The notes beneath the pieces were generated by a model that was not told where the DNA came from, made no database searches, and was given only the letters and a program-made list of their open reading frames with translations. A stretch of 64,000 nt of DNA. Source: an uncultured Pseudomonadota bacterium. GTDB lineage: Bacteria > Vulcanimicrobiota > Vulcanimicrobiia > Eremiobacterales > Eremiobacteraceae. A program made the position numbers and the translations under genes. Shown here one piece after another: positions 1 to 10,017 of the stretch (the first letter of the stretch is position 1; each line of letters begins with the position of its first letter). The DNA lies in NCBI GenBank assembly GCA_963736005.1, contig CAVTNB010000003.1:288001-352000 (forward strand), written 5' to 3'.

Positions 1-207
1 AATGCAGAAACGGCGAGCGTCACAACCCCTTCAGTGAGTTTCTTCAACAGCGGTCCCCCGTAAGCATCATAGGGCATTCATCTGCCCTGTGCAAGGTCGA
101 TACGGCCCGGTCCTTGTCCGGCTTTGCGGTACGTTGAGGGACGCCTCAAGGCTTTGCGCGGCCATTCAAAAGAGGCATCCCCCGCTTCAGGCAACCAAAT
201 CTTTCGA

Positions 208-648
208 ATGCGAACGATTCACTCGTCTCCTGACTTCGCGGCCCTCAAGGTGATCTTGTTGTTGCTTGCCATCCTGGCCACGGTGGCCGGAGTTCTGTTG
301 CTCTTTGGCGCCAGACCGCTCGCCGTGCTCGCACCGGCGGATCTCCATCTGCTACCCGTTCTCGGCGTCGGCTTGCTGATGGTCCTTGGGATCGCTGAAC
401 TCGGTTTTGGTTACCTAATGTACCTCGCGTCACGCGATCCGATCCGGTACGTCGGTGTCATCGACACGATCATCTTCTTCTTGTTCGCGGGTGCTCTCTT
501 CGATCTCTATGTCGCCTTTGCGCTTCACGCGCTTCTTGGTTCGCTGGGCTGGTTTGGCGCTGGTGTGCGCCTGGTGCTCGCAATAATCCTGACTGCACTG
601 CGTCCGCGCGGCGTTAGCGCCGTTACACCCTGGGAGGGTCGGTCATGA
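208..648 (+). CDS. small integral membrane protein
   Basis: About four hydrophobic helices. ATG at 208 chosen as start; stop overlaps next ATG (ATGA). Confidence 0.65.
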   Translation: MRTIHSSPDFAALKVILLLLAILATVAGVLLLFGARPLAVLAPADLHLLPVLGVGLLMVLGIAELGFGYLMYLASRDPIRYVGVIDTIIFFLFAGALFDLYVAFALHALLGSLGWFGAGVRLVLAIILTALRPRGVSAVTPWEGRS

Positions 649-992
649 TCAAGGACATGGCGTTTGTCGCTTACTCGGTCAGCGACATTCCGCGATCGGT
701 TGCTTTCTATCGCGATGTGATCGGTTTGCAACCGGGCGATATGGCAAGCGAGCACTGGGTGGAGTTTAACGTTGGTCCAACGACCTTTGGAGTCGGGCAC
801 GGTGAAGGCATTGGAATCAAGCCCGGGTCGCAGTGCAGCGCAGTCTTTGAAGTTGACAATCTTACCGAGTTGCGCAGCAAACTCGTGGCACAAGGGGTTA
901 CCATTACCGACGTCACGCAGGGCCCTGCATGCATGAGTTGCTTCGTTACAGATCCAGACGGAAACCGCTTCGCGTTGCACCAGCGCAGTTAA
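645..992 (+). CDS. VOC/glyoxalase family protein
   Basis: AFVAYSVSD...FYRDVIGL...FEVD...DPDGN glyoxalase pattern; GGAGG RBS. Confidence 0.9.
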   Translation: MIKDMAFVAYSVSDIPRSVAFYRDVIGLQPGDMASEHWVEFNVGPTTFGVGHGEGIGIKPGSQCSAVFEVDNLTELRSKLVAQGVTITDVTQGPACMSCFVTDPDGNRFALHQRS

Positions 993-1024
993 GCCGTTAC
1001 GTTGGGCGATTTTCCAATCGCCCG

Positions 1025-1582
1025 CTACATCGGTGGCTGGATCGCGTGCAGTGACATGAGCAGCAAAAGCATCCCTGGGTCGGTGCTCTGCTCGTGCGAA
1101 CCCATCAGTCCCTCGTGGTGCATTCCCGTCCAACCGCCGCCCATCCCAGGTCCACCCATGCCCGGCGGGCCTGGCATCGGTCCCTGCGGATTTGCAGCCA
1201 TCATCTGTTGATGCGCGGCATCCATGATCTGCCGCGACTGTGTCTCAACCGACGATGATATGTTCGCAATCGTCCGCCCTTGTGATTGGCTCAACGAGTT
1301 GTCGATGGTACGCGCGGCGGCATTGACATCTGGATTTGACGATATGGCCAGCTGGCCCACCACTTGCGCGAGCAGCGTCCGCTGCGACGCATTGAGGACA
1401 TTTAACGCTGCGAGCCGCGCCTGCGAATGGAGCTGCTCAACCTTTGCGTGCGCTTGCTCCATGGCGGCAAACGCCGCGCGCATTTGCGGCGAGGGTGTCG
1501 CATCCGAGGTAGCATCCGCGAGCGCGCCGATTGGCATAAGTATCATGGCGATCGCGAGGATCGCGAAACGAAAGCTTTTCAT
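1025..1582 (-). CDS. secreted helical Spy/CpxP-like protein with Pro/Gly/Met-rich tail
   Basis: Signal peptide MKSFRFAILAIAMIL..ALA; LNASQR/LSQSQ motifs resemble LTxxQ. Confidence 0.6.
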   Translation of the reverse strand: MKSFRFAILAIAMILMPIGALADATSDATPSPQMRAAFAAMEQAHAKVEQLHSQARLAALNVLNASQRTLLAQVVGQLAISSNPDVNAAARTIDNSLSQSQGRTIANISSSVETQSRQIMDAAHQQMMAANPQGPMPGPPGMGGPGMGGGWTGMHHEGLMGSHEQSTDPGMLLLLMSLHAIQPPM

Positions 1583-1655
1583 AATGATAAATCTAGCAGT
1601 CCTTGCTGGGATTGCTCTGGGAATGCGCTCAGAATAGCTCGAGCGCAGGTCCGGG

Positions 1656-2387
1656 TTACCGCGCGCGGAGCGAAATGTTTCCAACGCCCGTGGTAAGGTG
1701 CACCTGGATGGTCCCATTCCCAGCTTTGGTTTGAAGAGTTGCGCTCATCATGTGTTTCTCGGGCGATCCGAAAGCGGTCGAAATGTTGCCGATATGAGTC
1801 GAGGCGGAGATGGACGCATCGGCCGAGCGCGGCAAACTTAAGGTAATGGTTCCCGTGCCGGTGGAAAGCGTGATTCGGCGCGTGTTCAGCAGGCTTGAAA
1901 GACTTGCGTTAACGTTGCCGGTTTGGGTCTCCGCAATGAGATCTCCATCGCTTGCAGAAATATCGACGCTTCCAGTCGATGTTCTCGCAACGACGGTGCT
2001 TGCGATACCCGCAACCGAGATCTTGCCAACCGCTCCGCTTGCTGCCACAGAAACCGATCGAGGCACCCACACCTCTAAATCGATGCCGCACTCATCGCAT
2101 CCGTCAAATGGGATCGCTCTCAGGGTCACGTTTCCAGCATCTCTGGTCACGTCGACGCGCAGACGATCGAGTTCTCGTTGGTTGCCAGCACGTTCGTGGG
2201 CGGTCCACTTGACGGCATTGCTTTGCCACGTAATGACGGAAATGTTGCCGATGGACGTGGACAGCGTGGCCACACCCCCTGCCACGATCACCGCGCTCCC
2301 ACTCACATCCTTCGAGATTCCGGACGAGCCAAAAGCGCCCATGAGCGTGACCGCTACCATAACCGTGGCAAAGCGCAACGCAATCAT
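1656..2387 (-). CDS. DUF4097-type beta-strand repeat secreted protein
   Basis: Signal peptide plus repeated T/S-x-x-G-x-I/V motifs (TSIGNI, TSTGSV, TQTGNV, TGVGNI). Confidence 0.8.
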   Translation of the reverse strand: MIALRFATVMVAVTLMGAFGSSGISKDVSGSAVIVAGGVATLSTSIGNISVITWQSNAVKWTAHERAGNQRELDRLRVDVTRDAGNVTLRAIPFDGCDECGIDLEVWVPRSVSVAASGAVGKISVAGIASTVVARTSTGSVDISASDGDLIAETQTGNVNASLSSLLNTRRITLSTGTGTITLSLPRSADASISASTHIGNISTAFGSPEKHMMSATLQTKAGNGTIQVHLTTGVGNISLRAR

Positions 2388-2464
2388 TGCAAGCCCTTTC
2401 TACGATTTGCTCGAGCGGGTCCTTGTACGGGCCTATTCGAACACTAGGTCCACCTGTTAAAACG

Positions 2465-2848
2465 ATGAAAACAATCTCGGGAATCCACGCAATCGTCTTC
2501 AGCCAAAAGGCAGAGTCAGTTCGCGCCTTCTTCAAGGATGTACTCAAGCTGGATTCCGTCGACGCGCGTGATGGCTGGCCTATTTTTGCGCTTCCCCCCG
2601 TCGAGCTGGCCGTTCATCCCGCCGACAGAAAAGGCTGGGTCGAAATCTTTTTGATGACGGAGAGCATCAAACACACGGTCAAAGCGTTGCGAAAAAAGGG
2701 CATAACGTTTACCGGCGGCATTCAGGACAGAGGGTGGGGTCTTTTGTCGCGCGCAAAGCTCCCCGATGGCAGCACTATCGGCGTGTACGAGCCGCGCCAT
2801 CCCTCGCCGTTGACAACAAGAAAAAAGCGCCGCTCGGCGCGCAATTAA
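2465..2848 (+). CDS. VOC/extradiol dioxygenase-like protein
   Basis: ISGIHAIVFS...RAFFKDVL...GWPIFALPP..LAVHP...DRGWG...GVYEPRHP. Confidence 0.85.
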   Translation: MKTISGIHAIVFSQKAESVRAFFKDVLKLDSVDARDGWPIFALPPVELAVHPADRKGWVEIFLMTESIKHTVKALRKKGITFTGGIQDRGWGLLSRAKLPDGSTIGVYEPRHPSPLTTRKKRRSARN

Positions 2849-2881
2849 GCTACTTTTTCCAAACGTTCAAGGAGAGTTGTG

Positions 2882-3766
2882 ATGCCCCAGAGTTGGCCCT
2901 CGCTCCCCCTCGCGCAATGGCAGGACACAAAAGACACCCTCCAGTTGTACACGCAGATCGTTGGCAAGATTCGCATGACGCTTGCGCCACCCGAACCGCA
3001 GTGGGCTCACGTGACGCTCTATGTCACCTCACGCGGGCTGACGACGAGTCCCATGCCCTATCATGGGGAGACCTTCCAAATTGACTTTGACTTCATCGCC
3101 CACAAGCTCATCGTCAACAAGAGCGATGGCCAGGTCGGTAACCTCAACCTCGAAGCGCGCTCCGTCGCAAGGTTCTACGAATGCGTGATGTCGTTACTCG
3201 CCGATCTGGGGATCAGCGTTCACATCACACCCATGCCCCAAGAGGTCCCAGATCCCATCGCTTTCACAAACGATACGACGCATTCGTCCTACGATGCCGA
3301 ATACGTGCATCTGTTTTGGCGCGTTCTCTCTTTAATAGACTCGACACTCAAACGACATCGGGCTCCGTTTCGCGGCCGCCACTCACCGGTTCACTTCTTT
3401 TGGGGCGGGTTCGACTTGGCCTATACTCGCCACACGGGCAAGCCTGCATCCCCGCCACCGAACGCAAATTTCCTGTATCGAACGTCGATGGATGTGGAAG
3501 AAATCTACTCAGGCTTTTGGCCCGGCGATGCCCGCTTCCCAGAACCCGCGCTTGCCTGCTACGTGTACCCCAAACCGCCGGACATCGAGCGGCGAGTTCT
3601 TCGGCCCAGCACAGCGTTTTGGAACGCGCAGCTCGGTCTGTTTATCGTTCGCTATGAAGATATCCGCACGGCCCGGTCTCCGGAAGATGCGATCTTGGAG
3701 TTTCTTTCAAGCTCGTACGAAGAGTGCGCATCGTGCGCCGGCTGGGACCGCGCTATTCTCGGCTAG
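2882..3766 (+). CDS. DUF5996 family protein
   Basis: WPSLPL..W.DT..TLQLYTQIVGKIR and SPVHFFWGGFDLA motifs. Confidence 0.85.
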   Translation: MPQSWPSLPLAQWQDTKDTLQLYTQIVGKIRMTLAPPEPQWAHVTLYVTSRGLTTSPMPYHGETFQIDFDFIAHKLIVNKSDGQVGNLNLEARSVARFYECVMSLLADLGISVHITPMPQEVPDPIAFTNDTTHSSYDAEYVHLFWRVLSLIDSTLKRHRAPFRGRHSPVHFFWGGFDLAYTRHTGKPASPPPNANFLYRTSMDVEEIYSGFWPGDARFPEPALACYVYPKPPDIERRVLRPSTAFWNAQLGLFIVRYEDIRTARSPEDAILEFLSSSYEECASCAGWDRAILG

Positions 3767-4602
3767 CGTGACAGCGCCGCGAGGTTGGTTCGCAGCGCTC
3801 GCCAGACCAATTCGGCGCGACCAATCGTCGGCCGACCGGCTGATAGATCGAAGCGTTGGCGTTCCAACCTTTCAAGCAGCGCCCGATACAGATCCACGGC
3901 GAGCATGACCGTTACGCGGGAGCCGTCGTTCGGCAGCCGCGCCGCAAGCAGCACCCCCTCCGCATAGCACGCATGGGCGCGCTGCGCAATCGCCCGCTTG
4001 ACGTCCAGCAAGTCTCCCTCACCGTGGCGCGCAAAGGCGAGGTAGTCGCGGCCGAGGCGACGATCGTGTTCGGTATCGCGCAGCATGTTCGTCAGCTGCA
4101 TCGCGATGCCGATCTGCTCTGCGCGCCGGATGGAATCGGGATCCGACGCTCCCAACACCACTACCCCGCAACGACCCACACCGCCCGTGATCATGGAGGC
4201 GCATCGCTCGAGATCGTCGATGGAGTCTATTGGCGCGCCGTCCACCTCGGCGACGCATCCATCAACCACTCGGAGAGCGTCTTCGATCGAAATGGGGTAG
4301 CGGGCAAAGGCAGCGCGGACGGCGGGGAACCACGGCGCTGCGCTTTCATATGAAGGGCTTCGGATGTTGGCGAGGTCCTCACGTATGGATGCCAATCCCA
4401 CGCGGCGTTCGGACTGTGCGAAGCCAGGTTCGTCGGCAAGATCGTCAGCCGTGCGAAACACCCCATACAGCGCCTCGTGGGCGAGGCGTTTCGGCCGCGG
4501 CAAAAAGCGACTGGCGAAATAAAAACCCTTCGCCTCTCGAAACATCACGTGCTTGCACCAAGCGCGACTTTCAGATTCGCGAGAGCTTGACGCCGCAATC
4601 AT
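3763..4602 (-). CDS. phytoene/squalene synthase family protein (CrtB/HpnD-like)
   Basis: FYFASRFLP, LYGVFRTADDLADE and GIAMQLTNMLRD..D.RLGRDYL motifs. Start uncertain (4602 ATG or 4632 TTG). Confidence 0.85.
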   Translation of the reverse strand: MIAASSSRESESRAWCKHVMFREAKGFYFASRFLPRPKRLAHEALYGVFRTADDLADEPGFAQSERRVGLASIREDLANIRSPSYESAAPWFPAVRAAFARYPISIEDALRVVDGCVAEVDGAPIDSIDDLERCASMITGGVGRCGVVVLGASDPDSIRRAEQIGIAMQLTNMLRDTEHDRRLGRDYLAFARHGEGDLLDVKRAIAQRAHACYAEGVLLAARLPNDGSRVTVMLAVDLYRALLERLERQRFDLSAGRPTIGRAELVWRALRTNLAALSR

Positions 4603-4714
4603 CCGCGCGATGTACGGTGCAACTGTACGCAAAACCTAGCGCCCGCTGTGAGGCCAGGAACGCCGCGTCGGGCAGAGAAGCCCGCTTTTCGCGAACTCCG
4701 GGGTAGAGGTCCGC

Positions 4715-5653
4715 ATGTCTCTGTATGCATCCGATGTCTTAGAGCCACTTCTTGACGCAGGCGCGGTTCGGAGTGCGGTTCGCGAGCACTGCGTCCGGCT
4801 TCTCGACCATGCAGACCCCGGACTTCGCAATCGCCTCATGCCTGCTGCGCGTTACGTCGGTGGCAAGTGCATGGGCTATCCGGCGATTTGGTTTCTTGAA
4901 CGCATGCTGGGGCCACGAGGCATCTCTCTCGGTGGCATAATCGAGCGGTCCGAGCCGGCGCTGAGCGTCAGTTTGACGACGTCGATCGTTGACGACCTCG
5001 TCGATCGCGACGAGTCGATCGTCGCCGAGTACGTTGCTTTTCTCTACGTGCTCATCGCGCATGCGGCCTTTGAGGCGCCGACGGCCTCCAGAACGGATTT
5101 GCGTCCCCAAAGAGCGCTTCTCGATCGTGCGCTCGATGTGTGTATGGATCCAAACGCCGCTGACGGCGGCGCGGCTCGTCGAGGTAATCGCATTGGTCAT
5201 TTCTACCGCATGATCGCTCACGGACCAGCGGATGCATTCCTTCCCGAGCAGGTGGCGAGCGTGGTTGTCGAAGCCGTGGGAAGGTTTGGCGAATTCTGCG
5301 CGCACGTTGACGACTGGATCGATATGGAGCGCGACTTGGAGCGTGGTGTGAACGAGAACGTGGCGCTATCGCTGCTCCGAAGCCGGCGCAAGGCGCACGC
5401 CTCCGCGAAGCGAATCGACATGCATGCAGTGGACTCATTGGCCTCTGAAATGGGCGAGTTTCTGACCGGAAAGCTGCACGAAATCCGCTCCCTGCTCGCA
5501 CCGCTCGATGTGCCGAGGACCCTCGAAAGTCTCGAGCGCGTCGCAGTGCAGCTCCCGGGAACCCTTTTGGCGTGCACTGCGCGTGCGCACGTCAACTTCC
5601 ATGCAGTGCCCAACGCGCTCGCCACCGGGATCCGGCAGATCATTTCTGATTGA
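4715..5653 (+). CDS. class I isoprenoid synthase/prenyltransferase-fold protein
   Basis: Two aspartate-rich motifs, SIVDDLVD and HVDDWIDMERDLERG; helical composition. Confidence 0.65.
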   Translation: MSLYASDVLEPLLDAGAVRSAVREHCVRLLDHADPGLRNRLMPAARYVGGKCMGYPAIWFLERMLGPRGISLGGIIERSEPALSVSLTTSIVDDLVDRDESIVAEYVAFLYVLIAHAAFEAPTASRTDLRPQRALLDRALDVCMDPNAADGGAARRGNRIGHFYRMIAHGPADAFLPEQVASVVVEAVGRFGEFCAHVDDWIDMERDLERGVNENVALSLLRSRRKAHASAKRIDMHAVDSLASEMGEFLTGKLHEIRSLLAPLDVPRTLESLERVAVQLPGTLLACTARAHVNFHAVPNALATGIRQIISD

Positions 5654-6384
5654 TGCGCGCACATGCAACCCGTGCCGTGGCCACGCTGCTCCTCTTAGCG
5701 CTTTGCTCGTGCAGTCAGCACACCGATTACAGCGGCACGGTCCACACCGAAGCGGTTGACGTTGGCAGCGTCACCGGAGGGCGAGTCGCGAGTGTCTGGA
5801 TCTCCCCCGGGGATCACGTCGTGGCGAGTCAACTGCTCGTCCGGCTGGACGACCGCGTGCAACGAGCCGCTCAGAAGGTAGCGCAAACCCACCTCGATCA
5901 GGCGCAAGATCAATTGGACCAAGCGACCTTCGCGCAACGCTACGTCCAGCAAGCGCATCTGGCTGTCGACTCAGCGCAGGCATCGCTCGACGCCGCCAAC
6001 GCTGCGCTCGATGAGATGAGCATTCGCAGTCCCACGAACGGCACCGTCGAGTCCATGGACTTGCAGCCAGGAGACCTCCTCCCGCCTGGGGCCACTGCGG
6101 TTGTCGTTGACACGCTCAAAGAGCCGTTCGTGATGATTTACGTTCCCCAGCGCGAGCTGGGACCGTTCGCGGTGGGGCAGAGTCTTGTCGTTCGCAGCGA
6201 TGCGTTGCCGGGGGAAACCTTCGTCGGCATGGTTGAAGAGCGAGATCGCACAGCGCAGTTCACGCCGCGCGACGTGCAAACAACAGACGATCGCGCGACG
6301 CTCACCTTCGGCGTCAAGATCCGCATCAAAGATGCTGGCAACCGTTTGTACGGTGGCACAACGGTCACGGTCTCGCCGCCGTGA
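5653..6384 (+). CDS. HlyD family ABC exporter periplasmic adaptor (lipoprotein)
   Basis: Lipobox LCSC, lipoyl half-motifs, AQFTPRDVQT motif of YbhG-like adaptors. Confidence 0.88.
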   Translation: MRAHATRAVATLLLLALCSCSQHTDYSGTVHTEAVDVGSVTGGRVASVWISPGDHVVASQLLVRLDDRVQRAAQKVAQTHLDQAQDQLDQATFAQRYVQQAHLAVDSAQASLDAANAALDEMSIRSPTNGTVESMDLQPGDLLPPGATAVVVDTLKEPFVMIYVPQRELGPFAVGQSLVVRSDALPGETFVGMVEERDRTAQFTPRDVQTTDDRATLTFGVKIRIKDAGNRLYGGTTVTVSPP

Positions 6385-7319
6385 AGACGGCGGCGATCGC
6401 CCTCAACGGCCTCACCAAGTATTATGGTTCGCGGCCTGTGGTCGACGATGTGACTTTTTCTGTTGCATCCGGCTCCATCTTCGGTCTCCTTGGGCCCAAT
6501 GGCAGCGGCAAGTCGACGACCATTAAAATGCTGTGCGGGCTCCTCTTGCCCACCGCCGGCTCGGCCTATATCGATGGCCTCGACGTCGTGAAGCGCGGTA
6601 TGGCCGTGCGCTGGCGCATCGGCTATATGGCCCAGGCTTACACGATGTACGACGATCTCACCGTGGATGAGAACCTCGAGTTTTTCGCCCGCGCGTACCG
6701 CCTGTCGGCAAACCAGCGCCGGCAACGCAAGCAAGATGTCGTCGCGCTCACCGGCATCGAGCCGTTTCTCAACATGCGCTCCGCCTTATTGTCTGGAGGC
6801 TGTCAGCGACGACTGGCGCTCGCGTCGGCGCTCTTGCACGATCCACCGATCGTCTTTTTAGATGAGCCGACCGCCGGCATCGATCCCGTGGCACGCCGCG
6901 ATCTTTGGGATTTGTTCTTCCGCTTGGCGGAGGGCGGCAAGACCTTTTTCGTCACGACGCACTACATGGACGAAGCGGAACGCTGCTCCGAAGTGGGCTA
7001 CATTTTTGACGGCAAGCTGATTGCGTGCGGCACGAGCGCCGCGCTCAGACAGTTGGCTTCTGTGAATAGGCCGGACACCAGGCGCTACGCGATCGATGCT
7101 GAGGAACCCATGCCAACCTTCGCAGCCGTTCGAAACCTTCCGTACGTGCGCGATGCCACGATTTTTGGTCGTGAACTCCACGTGCTTGTGGAGTCCACCA
7201 CGTCTGTCCAACAGCTCGCCTCGGACTTGAAGAAGTTCGCCCCCGCGGAAGCAATACGACGGGTCGACCCATCCCTCGAAGATGTCTTTGTCACGCTCAC
7301 TCGCGAGCGTGATGCATGA
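6381..7319 (+). CDS. ABC transporter ATP-binding protein
   Basis: GPNGSGKST Walker A, LSGG signature, FLDEPT Walker B, TTHYMDEAE. Confidence 0.95.
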   Translation: MKTAAIALNGLTKYYGSRPVVDDVTFSVASGSIFGLLGPNGSGKSTTIKMLCGLLLPTAGSAYIDGLDVVKRGMAVRWRIGYMAQAYTMYDDLTVDENLEFFARAYRLSANQRRQRKQDVVALTGIEPFLNMRSALLSGGCQRRLALASALLHDPPIVFLDEPTAGIDPVARRDLWDLFFRLAEGGKTFFVTTHYMDEAERCSEVGYIFDGKLIACGTSAALRQLASVNRPDTRRYAIDAEEPMPTFAAVRNLPYVRDATIFGRELHVLVESTTSVQQLASDLKKFAPAEAIRRVDPSLEDVFVTLTRERDA

Positions 7320-8437
7320 GGGCGCTCTTCGATTTTCACGGGATGAGCGCGATGATTTATAAAGAAGCGCGCCACATTCTGCGCGAACCGATGACGCTCG
7401 CCTTGGTTATCGCCATGCCGTTTATGCAGCTGTTGATTTATGGGTATGCGATCAACCTGCGCGTCGAGCACGTGCCGGCCGTCTACTACAGCGAAGATGC
7501 GGGTCGACTCTCCGATGAGTTCGTCACCGCGCTGCAGAGCTCGGGTGAGTTCGACATCTTATCGCGGGTCAATTCGCCACAGGCGCTGCGAGAAGCCATT
7601 GTCGCGGGCAAGGCGCACGTGGGATTCGATATCCCAGAAAACTTTTCAGCAGACATCCTGCGAGACAAGCCAACGCCGGTGCAAGTGCTGGTGGATGGAT
7701 CGCAATCGAACATCGCGCAAGTCGCCTCAGCCGCCGCCGTCCAAATCGGTGCGGCCATGGCGCTTCGTCTGCGCGGCGTGTCCGATCAGCCGGAACCCAT
7801 CGACGTGCGCCCGATGATCTTGTTCAATCCGTCGCTGCGCACGCCAAATTTCTTAGTGCCAGGGCTCATCGGTCTCGTGCTGCAAAACATTACGATGGTG
7901 CTCATGGCGCTTTCCATCGTTCAGGAACGCACGCGCGGCACGCTCGATCAAGTCCTCGTGACGCCCATTGGCACGACCGCGTTGCTGCTGGGCAAGCTCG
8001 TCCCCTATGGAGTCGTCGGCTTCTTTGATTTCATGCTCGTGCTCGTTATGATGAGGAATATCTTCGACGTGCCGATCGCCGGCAACATTTTTGTGTTGCT
8101 GGTGCTTGGCGCGGGCTTTCTCATGACGTCGCTCGGCCTCGGGTTGCTTGTCTCCACCTATGCGCAATCACAGATCCAGGCGTTGCTGATCACGGCCTTT
8201 TTTGTGATTCCATCGGTCATGCTTTCGGGGATGTTCTTTCAAATAGAACTCATGCCCAAAGCCATGCAAGTAGTCAGCTATGCGTTGCCGCTCACGTATT
8301 TCCTCGAGCTCCTTCGGGGCATCATTGTCCGCGGCGCAACGCTTGGGGATTTGTGGGTTCCCGCCGTGGCCACGATCTTTTTTGGACTGCTCGCGCTGGG
8401 ACTTGCGAGCCTTCGGTTTGCGAGGACGGCGGGTTGA
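7316..8437 (+). CDS. ABC-2 exporter permease (YbhS/R-like)
   Basis: KEARHILRE, VDGS, ERTRGTLDQVLVTP, PLTYF motifs. Confidence 0.93.
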   Translation: MRALFDFHGMSAMIYKEARHILREPMTLALVIAMPFMQLLIYGYAINLRVEHVPAVYYSEDAGRLSDEFVTALQSSGEFDILSRVNSPQALREAIVAGKAHVGFDIPENFSADILRDKPTPVQVLVDGSQSNIAQVASAAAVQIGAAMALRLRGVSDQPEPIDVRPMILFNPSLRTPNFLVPGLIGLVLQNITMVLMALSIVQERTRGTLDQVLVTPIGTTALLLGKLVPYGVVGFFDFMLVLVMMRNIFDVPIAGNIFVLLVLGAGFLMTSLGLGLLVSTYAQSQIQALLITAFFVIPSVMLSGMFFQIELMPKAMQVVSYALPLTYFLELLRGIIVRGATLGDLWVPAVATIFFGLLALGLASLRFARTAG

Positions 8438-8438
8438 C

Positions 8439-9209
8439 GTGAGGCCCCGCAGACGGGTTTGGATTGCGGCGCTCGCCGCGTTTGTCGTGGTCGCGGGCGT
8501 GAGCATTGTGATCTTTTGGCGCGCTCTTGAAAATCCAGATGAACTGTGGGCGGTGGTGCAGTCCTGCGTTGCCGCCAAGAAACACGGTCACACACTGCGC
8601 GCGGGCTGTCTTTCGGTCGATGTGAAGAACGAGGTGGCCATCTTGCCAGGCATTTTTGGCCGCTACCACTACCTGGCAGTTCCGACCATCCGTGTCACCG
8701 GCATCGAAGATCCGCAAGTCAAAGACCCCCGCCTGCCAAACTATTGGGCATTGGCGTGGTCTGCGGCCTACCGGTATTTGCCCAAGCGCGCAACCAAGCA
8801 CGTGGCTGACATCGGGCTTGCTATCAACTCAGTTTCTGGCCGGACTCAGAATCAACTCCACATCCACATTGCCTGCGTTCAGCCGGTTATCCGGCAAACG
8901 CTTGCTGCGGACGAGCACGAAATCGGCGCGACCTGGTCGAAACCGATCATTCGCTACGGCACGCAAGATTATCGGGTGATGCGCGTGGATAGTCTTACGC
9001 TCGATAGGGTGAATCCGTTTTTCCTGTTGCAAAAGCTACCGGGAGCTTCTGACAACATGGGCCTGCACACCCTCGTGGTCACGGGCGCCACATGGGACCA
9101 CGGCAGCAAGTCTGGCTTTTACATTCTCGATGACTACGCGCACGACACTGACGCCGGCCCCGACTCCGGCCACGGTGAAGATCTGCTCGATGAGAACTGC
9201 CGATCGTAA
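8439..9209 (+). CDS. cdh: CDP-diacylglycerol pyrophosphatase family protein
   Basis: LAVPTIRVTGIEDP, LAINS..GRTQNQLHIHIAC, E.LLD..C motifs; N-terminal TM anchor. Confidence 0.85.
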   Translation: MRPRRRVWIAALAAFVVVAGVSIVIFWRALENPDELWAVVQSCVAAKKHGHTLRAGCLSVDVKNEVAILPGIFGRYHYLAVPTIRVTGIEDPQVKDPRLPNYWALAWSAAYRYLPKRATKHVADIGLAINSVSGRTQNQLHIHIACVQPVIRQTLAADEHEIGATWSKPIIRYGTQDYRVMRVDSLTLDRVNPFFLLQKLPGASDNMGLHTLVVTGATWDHGSKSGFYILDDYAHDTDAGPDSGHGEDLLDENCRS

Positions 9210-9228
9210 GAGATTGGCATCACCACGG

Positions 9229-10017
9229 TTAACGCTTTTTGAACGACTCGGTGAGCGACCGCCGAAGCTCGGCGCACTCGGGTGAGAACCATTGATCGAG
9301 GAATTCGTCGAGAGAGCCGCGGTCGTGTGCTTCGAGCAGGTGGCCGCGCTCCGCGTGAAGGGCGAGCTTGCTGAAGCCAAATGCGCCCCTGGGTTTGGCA
9401 GCCAGTTCGTGCGCCAAGTGTAACGCCGCGGCAAAGACGTCGGTCTCCGCGACGACTTCATCGACAAGGCCGATCTCCAGCGCCCGCTTCGGCTTCACGG
9501 CATCACCGGTGAGGATCATGCGAGCGGCTTGGCGTGGTCCAATCGTGTCGATGAGCAACCGCCGCACCAATGACGGCACGATGGCTCCGAAATTTATTTC
9601 ATTGACGGCAAACGCGTAGTCACCGGCGGCCATAACCCGCATGTCAAAGGCAAGCGCCAAAAACGCCCCGCCCGCAACCGTGTGCCCGGTCAACGCTCCA
9701 ATGACCGGCTTGGGCAGGCGCAACAAGCTTTCATAAACGTCAACGAAGCGTAAGAAAAACGCGCGCATGGCGGGAGGGTCGTACGAGAACACCTCGTTGA
9801 CGTCAAAGCCGGCGGAAAAGAATCCCGGCTGCAAACTGGCGACGACGACTGCTTGGACGGCATCATCGGCTCCCGCATCGCGGACTGCTGCGGAAAGTTC
9901 TTCAACCATCTGGCCGTTCAGCGCGTTTGCCTTCGGTCGCGATAAATTGAAGATCCGCACCTCATTATGATCGCGCACCTGAATGAAGTCCAAGCGGGAC
10001 CCACGCGGTGGCGTCAC
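9229..10017 (-). CDS. enoyl-CoA hydratase/isomerase
   Basis: KANALN, FSAGFD, PKPVIGALTGHTVAGG, ALEIGLVD. Confidence 0.92.
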   Translation of the reverse strand: MTPPRGSRLDFIQVRDHNEVRIFNLSRPKANALNGQMVEELSAAVRDAGADDAVQAVVVASLQPGFFSAGFDVNEVFSYDPPAMRAFFLRFVDVYESLLRLPKPVIGALTGHTVAGGAFLALAFDMRVMAAGDYAFAVNEINFGAIVPSLVRRLLIDTIGPRQAARMILTGDAVKPKRALEIGLVDEVVAETDVFAAALHLAHELAAKPRGAFGFSKLALHAERGHLLEAHDRGSLDEFLDQWFSPECAELRRSLTESFKKR

